Of a DNA stretch of 57,816 nt, positions 46,906 through 54,083 are shown one piece after another. The notes beneath the pieces are model-generated. The model did not search any database, was not told the DNA's origin, and saw only the letters and a list, made by a program, of their open reading frames with translations. The DNA is taken from assembly GCA_043799565.1 (NCBI GenBank), contig JAZDNP010000004.1:1-57816 (forward strand), read 5' to 3'. Each line of letters begins with the position of its first letter. The stretch's first letter is position 1. Position numbers and translations under genes: made by a program. This DNA comes from Candidatus Brennerbacteria bacterium (GTDB lineage: Bacteria > Patescibacteriota > Minisyncoccia > UBA6257 > GWB1-50-10).

Positions 46906-47589
46906 ATGGTTCTTCAAGATTGGACTTCGGTCATCGTAGCTTCGCTCCAGAGTTTGTGGGGCGGCACGTTGGGCGTTATCGCGAACATCGTGGGCGCGCT
47001 CATCGTGCTTATCATTGGGCTCATCGTGGCTTCTGGATTGGGAACGCTCGTCGAACGGGTGATTGCGCTTATAAAGCTCGATCGTGGCCTCGTGAGTTTG
47101 GGGGTAAAGCAGTATTTTGACCGCGCAGGGATGCAGTTGAATAGCGCGCGGTTTTTCGGGAAACTCGTGTACTGGTTCTTGGTGGTTGTGTTCTTGCTAG
47201 CGGCAAGCGACATCTTGGGCTTCTACTCGCTTTCCTCCTTCCTTCGGGAAGTGTTGCTCTACATTCCGAACGTCATCGTAGCGGTGCTTATCATGCTCGC
47301 CGCGGTGGTCATCGGGAACGCTCTTCGGCATGTGGTACGCGCATCCGTAAAGGGCGCCCAGCTTCACGCGTCGAACTTTTTGGGTTCGCTCACGTGGTGG
47401 GCGGTGGTGGTATTTGGGTTCCTCGCCTCGCTGTCCCAGCTCGGGATTGCGACGGCGATTGTGAACTCTATCGTCACCGGCTTTGTAGCCATGCTCGCAC
47501 TTGCGGGAGGCATCGCCTTCGGCTTGGGCGGCAAGGATTACGCCGCGTCGCTTGTGAATCGCCTTCGCGAACACACGGAGCAGCGCTAA
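46906..47589 (+). CDS. membrane protein with repeated TM-helix units
   Basis: Trimmed to MVLQDWTSVIVASLQSLWGG... Repeated GxxIxxIVGALIVLIIG-type helices. Confidence 0.5.
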   Translation: MVLQDWTSVIVASLQSLWGGTLGVIANIVGALIVLIIGLIVASGLGTLVERVIALIKLDRGLVSLGVKQYFDRAGMQLNSARFFGKLVYWFLVVVFLLAASDILGFYSLSSFLREVLLYIPNVIVAVLIMLAAVVIGNALRHVVRASVKGAQLHASNFLGSLTWWAVVVFGFLASLSQLGIATAIVNSIVTGFVAMLALAGGIAFGLGGKDYAASLVNRLREHTEQR

Positions 47590-47613
47590 TACGAGAGTTC
47601 TTTGACTCTGACC

Positions 47614-47645
47614 CCGCCCCGACTCAAATCGGGGCGGGTTTCGTT
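47614..47645 (+). terminator. rho-independent terminator
   Basis: CCGCCCCGA-CTCAAA-TCGGGGCGG followed by GTTTCGTT. Confidence 0.6.
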
Positions 47646-47690
47646 CCATAATTTGACTATTGTTTCCTCCTCCGCTTTAATGGACTGGCT

Positions 47691-47999
47691 ATGAAATTTG
47701 CGATTATCGAAACAGGAGGAAAGCAGTATCTTGCGGCGCAAGGTACCGTGCTTACCGTTGAAAGACTTCCTGAAGGGAAGGGGAATGGCGTGAAGTTTGA
47801 AAAGGTGCTCCTTGTTGCGGACGGGGAAAAAGTGGAAGTGGGTGCACCCTACGTGAATGGTGCGGATGTGGAGGGGCGCGTGGTGGACGAAGGGAGGGGA
47901 GATAAGAAAATTGTGTTCCGTTACCACGCGAAGACGCGTTATCGGAAGATGAAGACCCACCGCCAGCAGTTCACGAAAGTGGAAATTACGAAGATATAA
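47691..47999 (+). CDS. rplU: 50S ribosomal protein L21
   Basis: MKFAIIETGGKQYLA...GDKKIVFRYHAKTRYRKMKTHRQQFTKVEI. Confidence 0.92.
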   Translation: MKFAIIETGGKQYLAAQGTVLTVERLPEGKGNGVKFEKVLLVADGEKVEVGAPYVNGADVEGRVVDEGRGDKKIVFRYHAKTRYRKMKTHRQQFTKVEITKI

Positions 48000-48020
48000 A
48001 ACCCCAATAAATGGGGTTTT
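47998..48020. terminator. bidirectional hairpin terminator between rplU and recR
   Basis: AAAACCCCA-ATAA-ATGGGGTTTT. Confidence 0.65.
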
Positions 48021-48618
48021 AGTTTCTCCCATCCAACGCACTCCCTAATGTTTCCTCGTCCGCGAACTCTATCTCGCCTCCCGTGGGGATACCCCTCCCC
48101 AAACGCGATATTCTAGTCGCTTTGCTCTTAAATCCTTCTGTGATGAGGCCTGCCACGAAGTCGCCGAAGGTCGTGGGGTTGAGTGCGAGTATCAATTCGT
48201 CCACCTTCCCGCCGAGCTCGGCGTCAATGCGCTTCATGAGCGTCGCAAGGCGGAGCTTGTGTGCGGTTTCCAATATTCCCCGCTCGGGAAGCTCGCCGAA
48301 GACAAGATAGTGACCCTTGAAACGCCCGGTGCGCTCCAGAGAAAGAACGTCGGTATCCTTTTCCACCACCGCGATGGTCTTCGCATTTCTTCCGGGCGCG
48401 GAACAAATGGCGCACGCTTTTTCTCGGCGTTCCTTGAGGAAAAAACAGCGCGGGCATCGGTCCAAGTCCTTGAGCCCCGAAAGTCCTGTAACAAGAGTTT
48501 CAAACGTGCTTTTGTCCAATCCCACCATATGGAACGCGAGGCGCGTTGCGGTACGCGGCCCGAAAGAAGGAAGTTTTTCGAATGCTGCAACGAATTTTTG
48601 TATCGCGTCCGGGATCAT
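48019..48618 (-). CDS. recR: recombination protein RecR
   Basis: HhH N-terminus FGPRTATRLAFH. Zn finger CPRC...CAIC. Toprim domain. Confidence 0.9.
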   Translation of the reverse strand: MIPDAIQKFVAAFEKLPSFGPRTATRLAFHMVGLDKSTFETLVTGLSGLKDLDRCPRCFFLKERREKACAICSAPGRNAKTIAVVEKDTDVLSLERTGRFKGHYLVFGELPERGILETAHKLRLATLMKRIDAELGGKVDELILALNPTTFGDFVAGLITEGFKSKATRISRLGRGIPTGGEIEFADEETLGSALDGRN

Positions 48619-48622
48619 AAAA

Positions 48623-48654
48623 TAGGCATTAGGCGCTAGGCATTAGGCGTTAGC
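48623..48654. repeat. left arm of inverted heptad-repeat array (TAGGCAT TAGGCGC TAGGCAT TAGGCGT TAGC)
   Basis: Tandem 7-nt units. 27/32 positions are complementary to the right arm at 49007-49038. Confidence 0.75.
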
Positions 48655-49001
48655 TGAGAAATCATGGTATTCAGCATTCTCATAACTCCGTCTAATAACA
48701 ATGAAACTTTGGCACAGTTTTCTTCATTTACCAAGCCGAGTTTCTTTGAGGCCTCAAGTTGAGTTTCTAATTCTCCCCCTGAACCAAACGCAATGAGGAG
48801 AAACTTGCGCAACTCCTTGTCTGAACCCCTTAGTTTTCCCTCGGCGATATTAGAGGGAATTGAAATTGCCGCTCGTCTCATCTGTGAAGTGAGTCCGTAC
48901 AGCTCCTCCTTGGGAAATTTTTCTGTGAGTTTGTACATTTCAACGGTGAGCGTTACTCCTTTCTGCCATACGGTAAGATCCCGGTAAGTATGGGTTTTCA
49001 T
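48636..49001 (-). CDS. four-helix-bundle protein (23S rRNA intervening-sequence protein family)
   Basis: YRDLTVWQKG...FPKEELYGLTSQMRRAAISIPSNIAEG...F...A.GS..ELETQL, a pattern typical of the family. Confidence 0.85.
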   Translation of the reverse strand: MKTHTYRDLTVWQKGVTLTVEMYKLTEKFPKEELYGLTSQMRRAAISIPSNIAEGKLRGSDKELRKFLLIAFGSGGELETQLEASKKLGLVNEENCAKVSLLLDGVMRMLNTMISQLTPNA

Positions 49002-49006
49002 GTTGT

Positions 49007-49038
49007 GCTAATGCCTAGAGCCTAACGCCTAGTGCCTA
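49007..49038. repeat. right arm of inverted heptad-repeat array (GCTAATGCC TAGAGCC TAACGCC TAGTGCC TA)
   Basis: Reverse complement TAGGCACTAGGCGTTAGGCTCTAGGCATTAGC aligns with the left arm. It contains the dnaB stop codon. Confidence 0.75.
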
Positions 49039-50385
49039 CTCTTCTATGTGGCGCGTATCCACATTTTTGAAGCTCACCTTCTCCTGGTCAAAGTGAAGTT
49101 CCACGGAACCCAAAGGACCGTTCCGGTGTTTTGCGATAATGATCTCTACGCGATTTTGGTCCTCCGCCGGCACGTCACCTCGTTCGCGGTCCTTACGGTA
49201 TATAAAGAGCACCACGTCCGCATCCTGCTCGAGCGAGCCGGATTCGCGGAGGTCGGAAAGGCGGGGAATCTTTACCTCACGCTGGTCAACGGCGCGCGAG
49301 AGCTGGGAAACCGCGATGACGGGAATAGAAAGTTCTCGCGCGAGCGCTTTCAGTCCGTGCGATATCTCGGTCACTTGAGTCACCATATTGTCCGAATTGG
49401 TGCGCGACTGGACGAGTTGGAGATAGTCCACAATGACGAGATCCAACCCGTGCTCTATTTGGAGCCGCCGCGCCATGGAACGCATCTGGAGCACGGTAGG
49501 GGATGCCGAGTCGTCAATGAAAAGTTTTGCTTTGGAAAGCTCGTCCAATGCTTGCTGTACCAGTGCGAATTCAAGGTCGTCGGTGAGTTTGCCGGTACGG
49601 AGGCGCCAGAGCGGAATCTGTGCCTGGCTTGCGATAAGCCGGTCCACGATCTGGTCCTTAGACATCTCGAGCGAAAAAATACCGACGGATTTTCCTTGGA
49701 GCGCGACGTGTCGCGCAACGTCCAATGCAAGCGTGGTTTTTCCGTATGAGGGCCGTGCCCCCACAATTATAAGGTCGGAGCGTTGAAGGCCTGAAAGAAT
49801 ATTGTCCAGTCCTGTGAATCCTGTGGGGATGCCTCGGTAACCTCCATGTTCGCCGCGGTGGAGCTTTTCCAGTCGTTCATAGGCACCGGGGAGTTCGCTT
49901 TGCACGGGAATGAATTTCTGCGGCCGCGAGCGCTCCGAAATGCCGAACACCTTTGATTCCACCTTGTCCAAAAGTGTTTCAAAATCATCGGAATCCAGCG
50001 AGAGCTCGTTGATAATGGACGATGCTTCAATAAGGTCGCGGCGCACGCGTTTTTCTTTCACCATTTCCGCATAGTGTTCCACGTGCGCGGCGGTTGGTAC
50101 TTTCTCCACAAGCTCGGTCAAGTAGTCCGCGCCTCCCACCTCCTGCACGAACTTTTTATCTTTGAGGTCGTGAGAGACGGTGAGAAGATCGATGGGCTTG
50201 CCGCGTTCAAAAAGCCCTAAGATGCTCGCATAGATTTTTTGGTGTCCCGGATGGTAAAAGTCCTCGGGCGAAAGCGAATCCGCGATTTTTACTATCGCGG
50301 TTTTGTCCAACATCAATGCGCCGAGTACCGAGCGTTCGGCTTCAAGATCTTGCGGAGGAAGTTTTATTCTTTTTTCCGGTGGCAT
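49036..50385 (-). CDS. dnaB: replicative DNA helicase DnaB
   Basis: PPQDLEAERSVLGALML N-terminus. Walker A GARPSYGKTT. 449 aa. Confidence 0.92.
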   Translation of the reverse strand: MPPEKRIKLPPQDLEAERSVLGALMLDKTAIVKIADSLSPEDFYHPGHQKIYASILGLFERGKPIDLLTVSHDLKDKKFVQEVGGADYLTELVEKVPTAAHVEHYAEMVKEKRVRRDLIEASSIINELSLDSDDFETLLDKVESKVFGISERSRPQKFIPVQSELPGAYERLEKLHRGEHGGYRGIPTGFTGLDNILSGLQRSDLIIVGARPSYGKTTLALDVARHVALQGKSVGIFSLEMSKDQIVDRLIASQAQIPLWRLRTGKLTDDLEFALVQQALDELSKAKLFIDDSASPTVLQMRSMARRLQIEHGLDLVIVDYLQLVQSRTNSDNMVTQVTEISHGLKALARELSIPVIAVSQLSRAVDQREVKIPRLSDLRESGSLEQDADVVLFIYRKDRERGDVPAEDQNRVEIIIAKHRNGPLGSVELHFDQEKVSFKNVDTRHIEE

Positions 50386-51742
50386 GAGGGGTGATGATGG
50401 GTCCTTGCGGCGTATCGTCTACCGTGTATCCTAACGCACCGATACGTGTCCGCAAGGTGTCGGAGAGCGCAAACTGTTTATTACGTCTGCATAACTCGCG
50501 CTCGGAGGCAAGTTTCCTGATTTCTGCGGGGATTGTACGCGGTTTTTTCACATCCTTGAGCCCCAACCCCAGAACCTCGTCGTAGGAAAGGAGGAGCGAG
50601 AGTTTTTCCCGTGGCGCGAGTTTGGTGCTGTTCACCGTGTCCCAGAGGCAGGCAAGCGCGCGTGCGGTGTTGAGGTCGTCGGCGAGCGCGTTATTAAAAC
50701 GTTTTGTGTATGAACGCACTTGCGTGCTCATAGTGTGTGGCGTGTGTGTGCCGCTCCCTTTCAGCGCCGCGACTGCGCGGCGCAATTTTCCGAACGCTTG
50801 TGCTGCCGCGTGGAGCGCATCCCACGTGAAGTTAAGTTGTGTGCGGTAGTGGGCGCCGAGAACGAAGTAGCGATACGCGAGCGGATCCTCGCCGCGCGCG
50901 GCGAGATCGCGGAGCGTGTAAATATTTCCGAGCGACTTGGACATTTTCTTTCCGTCCACGAGCAAGTGTTCGCCGTGAACAAAGTATTTTACGAAAGGTT
51001 TCCCCGTCGCGGCTTCCGATTGTGCAATTTCGTTCTCGTGGTGGGGGAATATAAGGTCTACGGCGCCCGCGTGGATGTCCACGGTTGTCCCGAGGTATTT
51101 CATGCTCATCGCCGAACACTCAATGTGCCATCCCGGTCGCCCGCGTCCCCATGGACTTGGCCATGAGGGTTCTCCCGGCTTCGCCGCTTTCCACAGCACA
51201 AAATCCTGCGCGTCCTCTTTCGCATACTCATCGGAACTTACCCGCGCGCCCTGCTTTATGGTCCGCAGGGCAAGTCGTGAAAGTGCTCCATAGGACTTGA
51301 ATTTCCGTATATTGAAATACACAGAGCCGTCCTCTCCACGATATGCGATTCCACGAGCCGCGAGCTTGGTAATGAGAGTAATGATGGGTTTGATATGGCT
51401 CGTAGCCGCTGGGTAATGGTTGGCGCGCCCAATATTGAGTTTTTTCAAGTCCTTATGGAACGCTTTTGTGAAAGGAGCGGTGACGGCGCGAATATTTTTA
51501 TTCTCACGACGCGCGCGCGCGATTATCTTGTCCTCAACGTCCGTGATGTTCATCACGTGCGTTACCTTGAAATGTTCTCGCAAGAGCACGCGCTTTAGCA
51601 CGTCTTCAAAAAGGTAGGTGCGAAGGTTGCCGATGTGGGCGTAGTTGTAGACCGTCGGGCCGCAGGTATAGAGTCCTACCGTTTTTTTATGGAGAGGCCG
51701 GAACGTTTCCTTTCGCCGCGTGAGGGTGTTGAAAATTTTCAT
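50342..51742 (-). CDS. cysS: cysteinyl-tRNA synthetase
   Basis: CGPTVYNYAHIGN (HIGH region) and KMSKSLGN. 466 aa. 44-nt overlap with dnaB. Confidence 0.9.
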   Translation of the reverse strand: MKIFNTLTRRKETFRPLHKKTVGLYTCGPTVYNYAHIGNLRTYLFEDVLKRVLLREHFKVTHVMNITDVEDKIIARARRENKNIRAVTAPFTKAFHKDLKKLNIGRANHYPAATSHIKPIITLITKLAARGIAYRGEDGSVYFNIRKFKSYGALSRLALRTIKQGARVSSDEYAKEDAQDFVLWKAAKPGEPSWPSPWGRGRPGWHIECSAMSMKYLGTTVDIHAGAVDLIFPHHENEIAQSEAATGKPFVKYFVHGEHLLVDGKKMSKSLGNIYTLRDLAARGEDPLAYRYFVLGAHYRTQLNFTWDALHAAAQAFGKLRRAVAALKGSGTHTPHTMSTQVRSYTKRFNNALADDLNTARALACLWDTVNSTKLAPREKLSLLLSYDEVLGLGLKDVKKPRTIPAEIRKLASERELCRRNKQFALSDTLRTRIGALGYTVDDTPQGPIITPHATGKKNKTSSARS

Positions 51743-51746
51743 CCCG

Positions 51747-52730
51747 TTACTTTGACCAAATCAGCACGATGTCCTCGATGGTCGGCGTGTCCGTTTGGAG
51801 CGTGTTCGTGCGGAGCCGCACCTTGTAGCGAAGGTAGCGCGCGGAGCCGATTTTCTTGTCTACACAGATTGCTTTGTCGGGACCGGCGGCAGACGAAGAA
51901 ATGCCGACAAGCGGGCACTCCACGCCATAGTACCCGCTGGTGCTTGCGCCAGGACCTCGGAAGGTCCAAGGACCTGAAGACGAAGAAGATGTGGCGATTT
52001 GAAAATCAACGGACGTGCCCGAGGGTTGCGAACCTTGCCAGACAATACTTTGGAGCACGCTGCCGCTCGTGAGTTGAGTGTCAAAGACCGAGGATTCAAG
52101 AAATGCATAGGTGGAAGTCGCGCGCCAGGAAGTTGCAACCTTGTAGTCGGAGTCGTTGCAGTCGCCGCCGCCGGTGTTGCCGCAGTTGAAGCTTATCCAC
52201 CCGACGGTGTCATTCCATGCGTAGCCCGATAATTCGCCATTCGCATCTATCGTGACTGCGTAGTCGTTAGGACCAACGCAGGTGTCGGTGCCTCCTTCAT
52301 GCGAAGAGTTGTCGCAGTTGAAACTGATCCATCCAATAGTGTCATTCCACGCGTATCCGGTGAGTTCGCCGGTGCCGTCTCCTGAGTCACATGTGCCGTC
52401 GAGATTTAGTGGATCCTTTGGTCCTGGACCGTTGCAAATGCCGTAGTTTGAAGAACCGCAGATATTTCCCGATGCAGTAGTGGCGCAGTCAAGAGACATA
52501 TCGCCCACCGTTGAGCTCGCGTATCCCTCAATGCGTGTGCCGAACACCGTTACCGAGTCCGTGTTATAGAAATCCCACCATCCATTCACGTCGTCCCATG
52601 CCAGATGTTCGGTAGAGGTTGCGGAAGTGTTGGTTGTGGCGTCTACTCGAAGCGCAGCAAAAAGCGCGAGGAGAAGAGTGATCCCGACAAGTATCCACAG
52701 CGCGATTTTGAGCGGTCTCATCAGTTTCAT
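51747..52730 (-). CDS. secreted protein with GYAWNDTxGWISFNC repeats
   Basis: Trimmed to MKLMRPLKIALWILVGITLLLALFAALRVDA. Two near-identical GYAWNDT(I/V)GWISFNC units plus one degenerate unit. Confidence 0.6.
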   Translation of the reverse strand: MKLMRPLKIALWILVGITLLLALFAALRVDATTNTSATSTEHLAWDDVNGWWDFYNTDSVTVFGTRIEGYASSTVGDMSLDCATTASGNICGSSNYGICNGPGPKDPLNLDGTCDSGDGTGELTGYAWNDTIGWISFNCDNSSHEGGTDTCVGPNDYAVTIDANGELSGYAWNDTVGWISFNCGNTGGGDCNDSDYKVATSWRATSTYAFLESSVFDTQLTSGSVLQSIVWQGSQPSGTSVDFQIATSSSSSGPWTFRGPGASTSGYYGVECPLVGISSSAAGPDKAICVDKKIGSARYLRYKVRLRTNTLQTDTPTIEDIVLIWSK

Positions 52731-52765
52731 TATAACGCAAGGCACGCAGGCGAATACAGGAGTAC

Positions 52766-52782
52766 TCACTTCGTAACATATG
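52766..52782. repeat. 17-bp direct repeat TCACTTCGTAACATATG, copy 1 (upstream of the PaaX-like gene)
   Basis: Identical to 53373-53389. Preceded by AGTAC, whose inverted partner GTGAGTACT follows copy 2. Confidence 0.7.
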
Positions 52783-52797
52783 TGATAAACTGAATAC

Positions 52798-53322
52798 ATG
52801 GCAAAAACGGCACGTGATGGATATCGGCATGCCCAAATGTGGATTGACTTCTTTTATGATGTGGGGACGGCAACCGAGGAGATGGTGAAGGAAGTTGTTG
52901 TCGCCTCGAAACAGGCGCGGTATGTACGCCAGAGTTTAAAGCGTCTTGAGCAGAGAGGGTTTGTGGTAAAAAAAGGAAACCGTTTTGCGCTCTCGCGTGA
53001 AGGAAAGAAGTTTTCGGAGCGGTACGCGCGTCGTGAAGCGGTTGAAAAGGCGCACGGCAAGTGGGATGGAAAATGGCGGTTGGTCAGTTTTGACGTGCCA
53101 GTGGTGCAAAACCGCGCGCGTCATCAACTCCGCGTGCTTCTCATTGAGTTCGGCTTCTACCCACTCCATAAAAGTGTGTGGGCAAGTCCCTATGCGGTGG
53201 AAGGACTCTTTTGGCATGCGGTGGTGGATGAGAATCTTCAGCCGTTTTGTAAGGCAATGGTGGTGGAAATCATTGAGGGTGACGAGGAACTTCGGAGAAA
53301 TTTTAAGCTACCACTCGCTTAA
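52798..53322 (+). CDS. PaaX-like transcriptional regulator (winged helix + PaaX C-terminal-like domain)
   Basis: KWDGKWRLVSFDVPVVQNRARHQLRVLLIEFGFYPLHKSVWASP matches the WDGxWxxVxFDxP...R..LR..L...GF..L..SVW pattern as I recall it. Confidence 0.6.
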   Translation: MAKTARDGYRHAQMWIDFFYDVGTATEEMVKEVVVASKQARYVRQSLKRLEQRGFVVKKGNRFALSREGKKFSERYARREAVEKAHGKWDGKWRLVSFDVPVVQNRARHQLRVLLIEFGFYPLHKSVWASPYAVEGLFWHAVVDENLQPFCKAMVVEIIEGDEELRRNFKLPLA

Positions 53323-53372
53323 AACGCATAAAGGCACAAAGAGGATGCGGGGGAGAAATAATGGAGATGTAT

Positions 53373-53389
53373 TCACTTCGTAACATATG
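53373..53389. repeat. 17-bp direct repeat TCACTTCGTAACATATG, copy 2 (downstream of the PaaX-like gene)
   Basis: Identical to 52766-52782. Forms hairpin TCACTT...AAGTGA with the following sequence. Confidence 0.7.
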
Positions 53390-53546
53390 CGGGAAAGTGA
53401 GTACTTATGGCATTGTCATGGTCTATTATGCACTGTTACGGCGCTGTTATGACGCTGGCATGACACTAATATGGCGCTGTACGCCGTTGAGGAGGTTTTT
53501 GCCGCACATCCTTCGCCATCTTTGATATAATTGATTGATAGAGCCG

Positions 53547-54083
53547 ATGTCCCGGAAACAACTCATTATTCTCGCCTCGCTTGGAGGATTCATCGTCCTC
53601 GTGGTGGTGTTCGGATTTATCTCGGGGAACGAAATGATGCCCGGAGTCCTTGTCCCCTCCGGAGGAGATGAAGCTCCAGGAACAATAGAAGGTGCTCTCA
53701 ATGGCGGGCAAATCTTCACGTCAGAAGTGCCGGAGAGCGCGGTTTTGACCACTCCAACGCAGACTATTGAGATCGTGAATCAGCCGGGCGAACGTCCAGG
53801 GGTGAAATTTCGTATTTTCCAGATCGTGGCGAATAGGAACGGATACACTCCCTCGTCGCTCACGGTTAATAGAGGAGATACGGTTGAAATCAACCTCAAT
53901 GCCGATGGGGAATCCTATGACATGTTTTCTTCAAGCGCTGGATTTTATGCGAGTGCGGCGCCCAATGCGCCAGGGAAGGTGAGTTTTAAGGCCGGTACCG
54001 GAGGGACATTTCTTTTTGAATGCCGCGATCACTGTCCGCCGGGCGACAAAATAAAGGGAACGCTTATCGTAATTTCCGAATGA
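53547..54083 (+). CDS. membrane-anchored cupredoxin-like domain protein
   Basis: TM LIILASLGGFIVLVVVFGFI. C-terminal YTPSSLTVNRGDTVEINL...GTFLFECRDHC...GTLIV pattern. Start trimmed to an ATG. Confidence 0.55.
   Translation: MSRKQLIILASLGGFIVLVVVFGFISGNEMMPGVLVPSGGDEAPGTIEGALNGGQIFTSEVPESAVLTTPTQTIEIVNQPGERPGVKFRIFQIVANRNGYTPSSLTVNRGDTVEINLNADGESYDMFSSSAGFYASAAPNAPGKVSFKAGTGGTFLFECRDHCPPGDKIKGTLIVISE

Noticed and set aside
48623-49038. Considered a CRISPR array because of the tandem TAGGCNN repeats.
   Set aside because: The units are 7 nt with no spacers. They occur as two short inverted arrays flanking a gene, and no cas genes are present in the window.
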